This document shows positions 26,755 through 39,774 of a stretch of DNA of 64,000 nt, piece by piece (positions within the stretch are counted from its first letter, which is position 1; each line of letters starts with the position of its first letter). The notes beneath the pieces are model-generated. The model was not told the origin of the DNA, searched no databases, and was given only the letters and a program-made list of their open reading frames with translations. A program made the position numbers and the translations under genes. Origin of the DNA: Octopus vulgaris (Eukaryota); NCBI GenBank assembly GCA_951406725.2, contig OX597837.1, positions 39,184,001 to 39,248,000 of the forward strand. Reading direction: 5' to 3'.

Positions 26755-27102
26755 GTTATAAGAAATGACGTAAGTCAATGATTTCTGCTTTTATCTTTAT
26801 ATTGCGATATTTCGGGGTTAAGACCCCGCTTCAAGAAAAAAATGAGCACCTAATCTCTGATTTCTTTTTTCTGAAGAAGGGGTCTTAACCCTAGAAATAT
26901 TGAAATACAAGATAAAAGTGCAAACTATTGGCCTATCTTATTTCTTACAACAACAAATGCACATACACACACTGGAACACAAAAGCTACCTTGCAACACC
27001 ACATCTCAGAATTATTTCTCCTGAAGAAGGGGTCTTAACCCCAAAATATTAAAATACAAGATAAAAGTGAAAATGAATGACTTATCTTATTTCTTACAAC
27101 CC
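26755..27102. mobile_element. Penelope-like or retrozyme-like repeat: one inverted and two direct (150-bp period) copies with a hammerhead-like core
   Basis: CTGAAGAAGGGGTCTTAACCC at 26871 and 27021, with an inverted copy at about 26806-26838. Consensus is CTGAAGA-A-GGGGT-CTTA-ACCCC-GAAA-TATT. Confidence 0.6.
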
Positions 27103-27989
27103 ACATTGTTTTGGTTTTTCAGAAACATAAAAACATTTATTCTGTCACATAATGCTTCATCTAAACTGTATTACTCTACACACACACACACACACACAAT
27201 GCACACATACACATGCATGCACACACATATGAATTTACACAGACATATATATACATGCACACGCATTTACCTTCACCACACGCACATATATATATGTACT
27301 TCATACACACATTTATACATTTACACACACACATACACATATACACATACATACACATATAGACATTTACACACACATACACATATACATTTACACACAC
27401 ATACACATATACATTTACACACACAGAACACATATACATTTACACACACAGAGCACATATACATTTACACACACAGAGCACATATACATTTACACACTCA
27501 TACACATATACATTTACACACTCATACACATCCATTTACACACTCATACACATACATTTACAGACACATACACATGTATATATATTTACACACATACACA
27601 TGTATATATATTTACACACATACACATGTATATATATTTACACACATACACATGTATATATATATTTACACACATACACATGTATATATATATTTACACA
27701 CATACACATGTATATATATTTACACATTTACACACACATGTATATATATTTACACACACACACACATACATTTATACGAAGAAAGAGAAAGAAGAGAATT
27801 GGTAAAGTTCTAACAGCATTAGAGCATTGTTTGTTCCAATTCCCTGCTTTCTAAGATCAAATCCCACTGAATTCCACTTTGCCTTTCATCCCTTGAGGGG
27901 TCGATAAAACAGATTGACAAGAACTCTTTAAATGACAAGCAAGGTGCCTTGCTGTTTTTGGGGGCTCTTTGCAATAGGGTCATTTTGGT

Positions 27990-28522
27990 CAGCTGAAAGC
28001 AGTTTTGGCGCAAACTTGGCAGACCCAAATCTTCATTGATAATGGACTGAACTGAACCCTAGCTAATCTGCACATCCTCTGATAACTCACGGATGCTGAC
28101 TTGATTTCCCTTCACAGCTGCACACACATCTGTGATGTTTTTGACAGTTCTGCTGGTTGCGGGTCTCCTAGAACGTTCGTCAATATCGGCATTTTTTTTG
28201 GCCATCTTAGAAACGTCCAAAACCACTCGTACACTCGTGTGCAGCTCATACACTCCTCTCCATACTCTTTCTGCAACTTTGCGTAGGCCTTCTAAGCAGG
28301 TATCGCCATGACAACTTTCTCTCTCATGGTCAATGCAACGGTCACACGCTACACACCTTCTTTCCAAGCACTGCTGTAAACAGCAGAAGTGAGCTGGAAT
28401 ATTTAAACTTTGTGTGCATGCACATCAGAGATCAAGGTCAATCTGTGCCAAGAGGCTTGACTCTATGACCTCCAGTTTTGTTACTATGGCAACAGTCCGA
28501 ATACTTGTTGATCAAACCATGT
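27990..28522 (-). mobile_element. Mariner transposon 5' fragment (TIR plus HTH-coding region)
   Basis: Frameshifted translation YAKLQKEYGEECMSCTRVYEWF..DERSRRPATSRTVKNITDVCAAVKGNQVSIRELSEDVQIS*GSVQSIINEDLG, plus TIR-like GGTTTGATCAACAAGTATTCGGACTG. Confidence 0.8.
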
Positions 28523-28781
28523 CTATATATATACGTGTGTGTGTATCTTTGTTTGGATTTGTCCTCCTATCACCACTTGACAGCTGGTGTTGGTGTGTTT
28601 ACATCCCTGTAACTTAGCAGTTCAACAAAGGAGACTGGATTAAGTACTTGGCTTAAAAAGTAAGTCCTGGAGTTATGTTTGACTAAAACCCTTCAAGGTG
28701 GTGCTCCAGCATGGCCTTGACTGCAACAAGTAAAAGGATATACACACACACACCTATACACACACACACACACACACACAT

Positions 28782-28815
<34 letters not shown>

Positions 28816-28999
28816 GTGCAGGTCTGGCTGTTTGGTCAATGATGTTGGTGTGTTGAGGACCCCGTGACTTAGCAGTTCGTCCAAAGAGACTGATAGAATA
28901 AGTACTAAGCTTACAAAGAATAAATCCAGGGGTCAATTTCTTCGACTAAAAAGATGGAGCTCCAGCATGGCCAGTCAAGAATGGCTGAAACAAAATTAT

Positions 29000-29374
29000 A
29001 TACTATACACACACACATATATACATACACACACACACATATATGCACACACGCACACCCATAAATGAATGCACACACATATATGCACATACACACACAT
29101 ATGCACATGCACACGCATATATGCATACGCACACGCATATATGCATACGCACACACATATATGCATACGCACACACATATATGCACACACACACATATAC
29201 ATGCACACACACACACATATACATGCACACATATATATGCACACACACATGCATACACATACACACATACATACACACACATACATACATACACACACAT
29301 ACACACACACACTTATAACACACACACTCACACACACACATTCACACACACACATTCACACACACACATTCACA

Positions 29375-29407
<33 letters not shown>

Positions 29408-29410
29408 GAT
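29000..29410. repeat. (CA)n-rich compound microsatellite
   Basis: Directly visible. Confidence 0.95.
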
Positions 29411-29896
29411 ACATAGACACACGTACGAACGTAGATTCACCAGTTTGTTCTTGTTGTGGCTGTTATTATCAAAAATTATTAGCTTGGCTGTTGTTGTTGT
29501 TGTTGTTGTTGTTCTGGCTGTTGTTGCAAATGGTGGCTGTTGTTGCAAATGGTGGTTGTTGTCGTTGTCGTTGTTGTTGTTGTTGTTGTTGTAGTAGTAT
29601 CTTTGGCAACAGTTGTTAATTAATTTCTCCATAACTATATCCATCCATGCCTCTCCCCCGAGACCTCTCGCATCTACCTACAACCAACAATCCGCAGCTG
29701 CAATATTTCATTCTTGATGCCTTCTGCCCCTCCCACCACCCCACCACCCCACCCCCACCATTCCGTCTTCCCCCCCCCCCACGCTGTCTCGATGTTGTTT
29801 TCTATTTGGTTTTTCTTTTTTTTTTTTTTTTTTTTGGGTTTTCTTTTACTGCCAACAGTCATTTCATCATTTGCCATTTTATCTTCTAGTTTTCTT

Positions 29897-30625
29897 GTGT
29901 GTGTGTGCATGTGCATGCGTGTGTGTGTGTGTGTGTGCATGCGTGTGTGTGTGTGTGTGTGCATGCGTGTTTGTGTGTGCATGCGTGTTTGTGTGTGCAT
30001 GCGTGTTTGTGTGTGCATGTGTGTGTGTGTGTGTGTGCATGCGTGTGTGTGTATGCGTGCATGCGTGTTTGTGCGCGTGTGTGTGCATGCGTGTGTGTGC
30101 ATGCGTGTGTGTGTGTGTGCATGCATGCGTGTGTGTGTGTGCATGCGTGTGTGTGTATGTGTGTGCATGCATGTGTGTATGTGTGTGCATGTGTGTGTGC
30201 GTGCAAGCGTGTGTGCATGCATGCGTGTGTGTGTGTGCATGCGTGTGTGTGTGTGCGTGCATGCGTGTGTGTGTATGCGTGCATGCGTGTTTGTGCGCGT
30301 GTTTGTGCGCGTGTGTGTGTGCATGCGTGTGTGTGTGTGCATGCATGCGTGTGTGTGTGTGCATGCGTGTGTGTGTATGTGTGTGCATGCATGTGTGTGT
30401 GTGTGTGCATGTGTGTGTGTGTGCAAGCGTGTGTGTGTGCATGCATGCGTGTGTGTATGCATGCATGTGTATGTGTGTGTGCATGCGTGTGTGTGTATGT
30501 GTGTGGGTGTGTGTGTGCGTGCATGCGTGTGTGTGTATGCATGCGTGTGTGTGTGTGTGTGCATGCGTGTGTGTGTGTATGTGTGTGGGTGCGTGCATGC
30601 GTGTGTGTGTGTGTGTATGTATATG
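29897..30625. repeat. (TG)n array punctuated by TGCATG(C)
   Basis: Directly visible; dozens of TGCATG hexamers. Confidence 0.95.
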
Positions 30626-30916
30626 TTTCTTTTACTCTTTTACTTGTTGCAGTCATTTTTTGATTGTGGCCATGCTGGAGCACAGCCTTAAAGAGTTTCC
30701 TTGTCGAAGAAATCGATCCCAGGTCTTGTTCTGTGTAAGCCTAGTACTTATTCTATCAGTCTCTTTTGCTGAACCACTAAGTTATGGGGACGCAAAAGAC
30801 TAGGAAATGTTGCGTTTTTGAGCAAAAACACTTCATGTTGCTTGATTTTACACACCCAGCAAAAACGAGTAATTCTGTAATGGACTGGGAAGAACTTTGT
30901 GGCAGAATGTGTGCAT

Positions 30917-31107
30917 GGAGTGGCTGTGTGGTAAGTAGCTTGCTTACAAACCACATGGTTCCGGGTTCAGTCCCCCTGCGTGGCATCTTGGGCAAGTGTC
31001 TTCTGCTATAGCCCCGGGCCGACCAATGCCTTGTGAGTGGATTTGGTAGAAGGAAACTGAAAGAAGTCTGTCGTATGTGTGCGTATGTATATGTATATGT
31101 ATGTATG

Positions 31108-31138
<31 letters not shown>

Positions 31139-31340
31139 CTGTGTTTGTCCCCCTAGCGTTGCTTGACAACCAATGCTGGTGTGTTTACGTCCCCCGTTAC
31201 TTAGCGGTTCGGCAAAAGAGACCGATAGAATAAGTACTGGGCTCACAAAGAATAAGTCCTGGGGTCGAGTTGCTCGACTAAAGGCGGTGCTCCAGCATGG
31301 CTGCAGTCAAATGACTGAAACAAGTAAAAGAGTAAAAGAG
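30917..31340 (+). mobile_element. SINE family A
   Basis: Full-length match. Confidence 0.9.
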
Positions 31341-31579
31341 TATTTGCCAAGGAAACGGACCCAACGAGTTTATGATTTGGGAAGGACCTTTATCCTGATC
31401 TTTGTCTTGTCTATGTCTCTGACTGAAGGGTATCTAAACTGTGGTGCTTACATGGGCCCTTAATACATCTGGGCCCTAAACACAGAGGATTTGGGAAGGC
31501 TAGAAAGAAATGAGGAAAATGTCCTTCGTTGGATGTGTAAATATCACTGAGCAGGAAAGATGCCTGACAGTATCTCACA

Positions 31580-32025
31580 CCCTCTCTCTCCCCACTTATC
31601 ACACCTTCTGCCCCTCTCATTCCCCCTCTCCTTTCATTCCCCCCTCTCTTTCATTCCCCCTCTCTCATTCCCCCTCTCTCTCTCATTCCCCCCTCTCTCT
31701 CTCATTCTCCCTCTCTCGCTCTCATTCATCCCCCCCCGTATCTCTCATTCCCCCTCTCTCTCTCTCTCTCATTCCCCCTCCCCCCTCTATCTCATTCCCC
31801 CTCTCTCACTCATTCCCCTATCTCTCTCTCTCACTCATTCCCCTATCTCTCTCTCTCTCTCTCTCATTCCCCCATCACTCTCATTCCTCTTTCTCCCTCT
31901 TTCTCATTCCCCCTTTCTTACATTCCCTGTTTCATTGTTCCATTGTCACTTATCCCTCTCCTCTTCTATTCCCCTCTCTCCCTCATTCCCCCATCAATCT
32001 CTCTCAACACCTCTCTCTCTCTCCG
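31580..32025. repeat. Polypyrimidine repeat (CTCTCATTCCCC-like)
   Basis: Directly visible. A second C/T tract lies at 55400-55745. Confidence 0.9.
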
Positions 32026-32544
32026 ATTCATTTTTCTTTTTTTCTGTTGGTGGGGGCCTCTTTACCATTGCAAGTTACAAGGTGACCTTACAAATGCTGG
32101 TACAATGAAAAGAAAAAAACCCCGCAAAAGCACTCAGTGGTTGGCCTTAGGCAGGGCATCCAGCCATTGGAAACGATGCCAAAACAGACATTGGAGCACA
32201 ACGTGTTCCTCCCACTTGTCGGATCCTGTCAAAATAGTCCAATCAATGCCAACTTAGAAAACGGATGTAAAACGGTAATGTTACACACACATACATACAT
32301 ACACACACACATATGTATATATACTCACACATGGTGATATTCACATTGGAATGTATTGTGATCTGTCTTGAGAATATGTACATAGACATACTCAAGTGTA
32401 CATCCATACATATAAATATATATATTATATAATACACACACACACATATATATATACGTGTGCATATATACACATACATGTGTATTTATACACCTACATA
32501 TATATATGTATATATGCTTATATATGTATATATAAATATATGTA

Positions 32545-32965
32545 TATAATCATATACATGTGTATATAGATATGTTTATATGCATATACGTGTGTATATA
32601 GATATGTATATATGCATATACATGTGTATATAGATATGTATATATGCATATACATGTGTATATAGATATGTATATATGCATATACATGTGTATATAGATA
32701 TGTATATATGCATATACGTGTGTATATAGATATGTTTATATGCATATATGTGTGTATATAGATATGTATATATGCATATACGTGTGTATATAGATATGTT
32801 TATATGCATATACGTGTGTATATAGATATGTTTATATGCATATACATGTGTATATAGATATATATATGCATATACATGTGTATATAGATATGTATATATG
32901 CATATACATGTGTATATAGATATGTATATATGCATATACATGTGTATATACATATGTATATATGC
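32545..32965. repeat. 32-bp minisatellite (TATATGCATATACATGTGTATATAGATATGTA), about 13 copies
   Basis: GCATATAC recurs with period 32 (e.g. 32582, 32614). Confidence 0.9.
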
Positions 32966-33966
32966 ATTTATACACACACACACACATAGGAGAAAGACCA
33001 CCCTCTGGTCTATTTTCTGCTTAGACCCTTGATATTTTCACATTTGATTCTCTCTTCTAATGATTTTTATGTTATTTTTTTATGTCCGATTATCTCTTTG
33101 TATTCACTTGCTTAGCAAACATTGCTTTCATTATTTTATCACAGTCATCATTTCTCTTTTTTAAACAAACATCATGGTAGTCCAACAACAGAGGGAGAAG
33201 TAGTTTGTTGAGTTTTACCTTCCCCTCAAAGTAACATAGTTTACAATTCAGCAGCCCATCTGTAAACTTTGCAGTATAAGAGAGAAAACATTGTAATTAA
33301 TGAATGAAATTAATATGAAATGAAAAAAATCATATAAATAAAAGGGCATTACTACAGATGTATACACACCAAATTTGTTGCCTTATAACATCCAGAAATA
33401 TGGATAATTCTTAACAAAATTTTCTACAAATACCACTTAGATGTGTGGCTTTAGAGTATATAGGGATTTATGAGAAAGGATTTTTTTCGAGGTGTTGGAG
33501 AAAGGAGTTTTGGAAAATTCACATAATCTGACTTTTTTTCTCTCATAATTTTCAGGAAAATGGGTTAGGGTTAGGGTTTAATGAAAGTTTATACAAATCC
33601 CTTTCAAACAGCTTAAAAATTAATATTTTCAGAGGGAAAAGTGAGTGATTTAAGGGCAATTTGGCTGTTGTTTCTAGCACATCCAAAGACAACCCTCCTC
33701 ATTTATCACTCTCACATATATTGATGTTTTTCAATATTTTTTCTCCATAAATACATTTATATGCTATAAAAATGAAAATTTGAGAAATCATGAATTTTTT
33801 TGCAACTCCACTCCCTGCACCAGATTGGTTCTGTTTAGAAATTAAAATATTTGAGAGCCTGTGAAGGTCATTGCTGGAATTTATCCACAGTGATTAAAAA
33901 AGAAAAAGGAGTTACTTAAATGATAATTCATTTTAATAGCATAGCTTTCGGTTAGAAAATATTTTT

Positions 33967-34003
<37 letters not shown>

Positions 34004-34091
34004 GCTTTGCTTGATTGAGGTGGGGTTAAAAATTTAGATTACAATTCATTTTGTTACTTATATTCCACCAATGGACCATGCGTGTGTTACT

Positions 34092-34501
34092 TCTCTTTTA
34101 CCCTTTTACTTGTTTCAGTCATTTGACTGTGGCCATGCTGGAGCACCGCCTTTAGTCAAACAAATTGACCCTAGGACTTATTCTTTGTAAGCCTAGTACT
34201 TATTCTATCAGTCTCTTTTGCTGAACCACTAAGTTATGGGGACGTAAACACACCAGCATCGGTTGTCAAGCGATGTTGGGGAGACAAACACAGACACACA
34301 AACATATACACACACATACATATAAATATATACATGTATACGACGGGCTTCTTTCAGTTTCTGTCAATCAAATCCACTCACATGGCTTTGGTTGGCCCAA
34401 GGCTATAGTAGAAGACACTTGCCCAAGGTGCCACACAGTGGGACTGAACCCGCAACCATGTGGTTGGTAAGCAAGCTACATACCACACAGCCACTCCTGC
34501 G
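34092..34501 (-). mobile_element. SINE family A
   Basis: Full-length match. Confidence 0.9.
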
Positions 34502-34634
34502 CCTTTTCCATAAAATGTGTTTAATGGGAGAAAAATATTGAAAAAAACATTAATACATGTGAGAGTGAAAAGGGAGGGTGGTTTGGGGTGTGCTAGAAAC
34601 AACAGTGAAACCTCCCTAGAATTATTTACCTTAT

Positions 34635-35097
34635 CATCATCATCATTTAACATCTGCTTTCCATACTGGCATGGGTTGGACGATTTGACTGAGGACTAGT
34701 GAACCAGATGGCTGCACCAGGCTCCAGTCTGATCTGGCAGAGTTTCTACAGCCAGATGCCCTTCCTAACACCAACCACTCCGAGAGTGTAGTGGGTGCTT
34801 TTATGTGCCACCGGTACGAGGGCCAGTCAGCTGCTCTGGCAATGATCACTCTCAGATGGTGCTCTTAGCGCTCCACTAGCATGGATGCCAGTCAAGTGGT
34901 GCTGTCATCGAATTTGATTTCAATTTCACTTGCCTCAACAAGTCTTTGCAAGCAGAGTTTAGTGTCCAATGAAGGAAAGGTACGCATAAGTGAGCTGGTT
35001 ACGCCCCTGGCATAGGTCACGAGTTATGGTCTCACTTGGTTTGCCAGGTCTTCTCACGCACAGCATATTTCCAAAGGTCTCGGTCACTAGTCATTGC
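34635..35097 (-). mobile_element. RTE LINE 3' end (ORF tail plus 3'UTR)
   Basis: Reverse-complement homolog of 53925-54620; minus translation AMTSDRDLWKYAVREKT. Confidence 0.8.
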
Positions 35098-35331
35098 CTG
35101 AAAATATTTACAGTTCTTTTTTTTTTCTTTTTACCAAAAAAGCCCCTCCCATGGTTTTTAAGTTAAAAAGGAAAATGGCCAAAATCAGTCCAGTTAGTTA
35201 TTATTGTAAGGCTTGTAGCTTTCCAAACAGCCATAACAACAAAATCACTTTCAAATTTTTGTTACAAAAATTATACGGGTATTTAAAACATTTTTTCATT
35301 CAATAAATAATGCTTTTTACATATACATTAA

Positions 35332-35586
35332 CCCTTTAGCATTCAAACCGGCCATATCCGGCCAAAATATTTAACCTGTTTTATATTGAAACTGACCAGA
35401 TCTTGCCTCTCACCTCAGCCCTACCATGTCATTCTAAAACTAAAAAAATAGCATCACTGAAATCTCTAAACTACAAGATAATGCAGGATTAATTCAAAAC
35501 AATATATTAATTCAAATATATAATTCAACAATATATTAATTCAAAACAAACATCACATTTGACAGAATAATCTGAACACTAAAGGG
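35332..35586. mobile_element. piggyBac-type MITE family 2
   Basis: TTAA-CCCTTTAG ... CTAAAGGG-TTAA; a partial copy lies at about 4950-5181. Confidence 0.8.
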
Positions 35587-35879
35587 TTAATAGAATAAAC
35601 TGTTGGTTTTCCAAATAGCAAATTAAAACTTGGAATGACAACGTTAAAAGAGAAAGTGAGAGACTTTGCAAATGAAAATGGAATAATCTGCAGTGAATTC
35701 ACTGAATATTTAAATTTGCGAGAAATTGGAGTTAAAAATTTCAATAAACTTGAGAAATTGAAGTTATAGGGAAATTTCTTAGAACATGAATTTATAAAAA
35801 TATTTCCAGATGGTCAACCCTTTAATAATTGCTTACACACACACACAAAATATTTAATAGTCACAATGCATGTATTAAA

Positions 35880-35930
35880 ACGCTACTAATAGTTTCAGAT
35901 GTCGAGATAGCTCACATATTCTTCAGACGC
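35880..35930 (-). ncRNA. Candidate minimal type I hammerhead ribozyme
   Basis: Minus: GCGT CTGAAGA ATATGT-GAG-CTAT-CTC-G-ACATCT GAAA CTA-T-TAG TA GCGT. The core is intact with a GUA site and palindromic stem III; stem II has one mismatch. Confidence 0.6.
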
Positions 35931-35989
35931 AAACCACATATCATATACACGTGTGTATACATGCAAGCGCATACACATACATCATATTG

Positions 35990-36027
<38 letters not shown>

Positions 36028-36379
36028 GTGAGGAAGATATAGATGTCCATTGCACCCAGGCGTGTATACATTTTTGTTAATATACAATTACACATACCTA
36101 ATTTTTATGTTTCTGTCTTAATGAATGAGTGGATAAATATATCTACACACATATATTTCAATGCGCACCTCTACCACCACCACCCCCACCACAGACCAGC
36201 TAGCCATACCATCATCACCATGGAAACATTGTTAGTTATTCTTTTTCTTTTTTTTTTTTACTTTTTATATATTGTTTGTGTTTTTTGTTTTTTTTGTTGT
36301 TGTTGTTTTTTTCTTACCCTTTTCTCATTATTAAAATAACTTTCTGATCATTATCGTCAGCATGCACCACTGACTAACG

Positions 36380-37325
36380 ATGTCTGGATGGTGATAACGA
36401 TGGTGAGGATAACGATGACGACGACGACGATGATGCTAATAATGGTGATGATGGTTATGATGATGATGATGTTGGTAGCAATGTCTGTAGAGATAGGGTG
36501 ATCATGATGATGATGGTGGGGTGGGGGTGGTGGTGATGATGGTGGTGGTATGGCGACAGTGTTAGTGCTAGTATTTGATGGTCATGGTGGGGATGCATGT
36601 AATGGTTGACATTGGTGATGTTTGTGATGGTGGTGGTGGTGCTGGTGATGGTTGGGGATGGTGGTGCAGATTACGGTAGGATGGTGGTGTTGGAGTTGGT
36701 AATAACAGTGGTGGGGGGGATGATGGGGATAATGATGATGGTAGTAACTGATGGTGGTGGTGGTGGTGGAGTTGGTAGTAGTAATGGATGGGGGGAATGA
36801 CAGAGGATGATGATGGCAATAGGGATGATGATGGTGGTGATGGAGATGGCAATGGTGATTATAATGATGATAGTGATGTTGATGATGTTGATGTTAGTGA
36901 CGGGGATGGGGACGGATTTTGGCGGTGGTGGTGGTGGTGGTGATGAAAGCCGAGATAAAGGTGATGGTATCTGTGGCAATGGCAGTGATGATGATAAAGG
37001 TAAACGAAGAAACCCACGACGATGGTTGTGTTGTTGCTGTTGTTGTTGGTGGTGGTGGTGATGGTGGCGAAGGCGGTGATGATAACAAGCACCTGCTAAT
37101 CCGCTTCTTTACAGTTAGATATTTTTTTTTTTTTGCTTTTGATTTCTTCACCCTGCCTTCCACCCCACCCCACTCCTTCGCCCACCCATCACCACTACCG
37201 CCACACACTTCGTCTCACCCTCTCCCATACCGCCACCACCACCACCACACACTTCGTCTCACCCTCTCCCATACCACCACCACCACCACCACACACTTCG
37301 TCTCCCCCTTACCACCACCACCACC
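36380..37325. repeat. (TGG/TGA)n block followed by a (CCA)n block
   Basis: G-rich trinucleotide array 36380-37085 and C-rich array 37150-37325. Confidence 0.9.
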
Positions 37326-37818
37326 AGCCAAGATATCTTAAGAATTCTTTTCATTCCCAAACGATTGAATGCCTCCTGCCTATGTCTGTGAATGTGGCTG
37401 TTTTTGCACTGCCACCCACCTCTACTGCACCAAGACAACAGCATATCTACCCTGCTCCCCACCCCTCGCTCATCCCCACCCAGACTCCTGGTTCCACATT
37501 GTCAGATAAACCTATGTAGTTTAATATATTACAGGTGGCTATGTAGAGGTATCCCACCACCACCACCACCTCAACCACCACCAGGGTGGATGGGAGGTAG
37601 GGTACCATGATTATAATACACGTAAGGCTTATGTAATTCATTATGTTTCAAGTGACTTAGTGGGTGGCAAATGGAAGATATCTTACGGGTAAAAAGTATT
37701 GCAGCCACCACATGGCTGGTGTTAGTTAGTAAGGGTGGGTGGATATCTTGATGGGGTGGTTGAGATTCCGGATCTGTTTTCTGAGTTCAGATCCTATCAA
37801 TCAAGAGGTGGAAATTAG

Positions 37819-38441
37819 TCATTGCCTAGTTTATCCCCCAAGCAGTGGGATTTAAATTAATTGCCCAATTTATCCCCCAAGCAGTGGGAATTAAATTCAT
37901 TGCCCAGTTTATCCCTCAAGCAGTGGGATTTAAATTCATTGCCCAGTTTATCCCTCAAGCAGTGGGATTTAAATTAATTGCCCAGTTTATCCCTCAAGCA
38001 GTGGGACTTAAATTCATTGCCCAGTTTATCCCTCAAGCAGTGGGATTTAAATTCATTGCCCAGTTTATCCCTCAAGCAGTGGGACTTAAATTCATTGCCC
38101 AGTTTATCCCTCAAGCAGTGGGAATTAAATTCATTGCCCAGTTTATCCCTCAAGCAGTGGGACTTAAATTCATTGCCCAGTTTATCCTTCAAGCAGTGGG
38201 ACATAAATTCATTGCCCAGTTTATCCCTCAAGCAGTGGGATTTAATTCATTGCCCTGTTTATCCCTCACAGTGGGAATTAAATTCATTGCCCAGTTTATC
38301 CTTCAAGCAGTGGGACATAAATTCATTGCCCAGTTTATCCTTCAAGCAGTGGGACATAAATTCATTGCCCAGTTTATCCCTCAAGCAGTGGGATTTAATT
38401 CATTGCCCAGTTTATCCTTCAAGCGGTGGGACTTAAATTCA
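37819..38441. repeat. 39-bp minisatellite (GCAGTGGGATTTAAATTCATTGCCCAGTTTATCCCTCAA), about 16 copies
   Basis: Direct periodicity; gives the 13-aa repeat ORFs. Confidence 0.95.
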
Positions 38442-39172
38442 TGGTGGTCAGAGACCCCTGTTATAGGCAATCTATCGAAGGCAGTGGATTGACAAAAACT
38501 GTTATAATGTCCGACTGGGCACCTTGTTATCCCTTCTGGCGATGATGCCTGCTAAATTTCCCCACCCTAAATAACCAACCTCTAACCTCTCCCAATAACA
38601 AACTTATAAGAAATTTCGAATAGATCTAAGTAAACCTTCAACTAAGTGCAGATTATTACTCAAATGTGATCTCCTTACAAATCCTATACAAATCTAATAT
38701 GTAGCACTTGGCTTTAAATACATGCTTGAAGGAGCCCAAGCAATGAGGAGGAGATCCTCCCCCCCACACCATCAATCATGAATGACCATGGGATTGCACC
38801 TGGAAAGTCCCCCCACCTCCGAGGCACAAGTCCAAGCAAGGTTGTTTATGGAAGACCAGCTGTCATCCATGCATACCATCCTCCCCTCTCCATACCACTG
38901 ATGTTATCCAAAGGAAAGGCAAAGGCTGATACCAGTGAAATCGCAACTCGTTTCTACAGTGTGTGTGTGTGTGTATGTGTGTGTATAAGTATGAATGTGT
39001 TTGTGTCATCATCATTTAACATCCGCTTTCCATGCTAGCATGGGTTGGATGATTTTGACTGAGGGCTGGTGAACCACATGGCTGCAGCAGGCTCCAATCT
39101 TGATCTGGCAGGTGTGTATATATATGTGTGTGTGTGTGTGTATAAGTATGTATGTGTGTTTATGTATGTATG

Positions 39173-39224
<52 letters not shown>

Positions 39225-39231
39225 TATATAT

Positions 39232-39625
39232 GCGCAGGTGTGGTTGTGTGGTAAGAAGCTTGCTTTCCAACCATAAGGTTCTGGGTTCAGTCCCACAGTG
39301 TGGCACCTTGGCCAAGTGTCTTCTACTATAGCCTTGGGCTGACCAAAGCCTTGAGTGGATTTGGTAGATGGAAACAGAAAGCAGCCCTTATATCTATATA
39401 TTTATGTGTATGTGTCTTTGTGCCTCCCCACCATCACTTGAAACCAGTGTCGGTGTGTTTACGTCCCCATAATTTAGCAGTTCAGCAAAGGAGACCGATT
39501 GAATAAGTACTAGGCTTATAAATCATAAGTCCTGGGGTTGCTTATTTTTGACTAAAAGCACTCTTTAAGGTGGTGCTCCAGCATGGCCGCAGTCAAATGA
39601 CTGAAACAATTGAAAGAATAAAAGA
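39232..39625 (+). mobile_element. SINE family A (diverged)
   Basis: A/B boxes, body and tail are recognisable. Confidence 0.85.
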
Positions 39626-39774
39626 ATATATATACATATATAGTTAATTCGAGGAAGTTATATCCTCATTAGGGATTATATAAGCCAAGATATTCTACTG
39701 GTTTAATCTCTATCATATAATGCGAAAGTCACTGGTGAACGTTAGGGATTATTAAAATTATATATTATCAATAT

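Noticed and set aside
33561-33578. (TTAGGG)-like telomeric motif
   Set aside because: Only about 2.5 units, embedded in a probable DNA-transposon remnant.
37819-38441. CRISPR-like appearance of the 39-bp, 36-bp, 24-bp and 62-bp arrays
   Set aside because: The units are contiguous with no unique spacers, there are no cas genes, and the context is eukaryotic.
39640-39675. Further hammerhead-like fragments (here, and CTGATGA at about 41478, 49708, 50871, 60752)
   Set aside because: A mutated core, or no correctly placed stem II/GAAA/UH.
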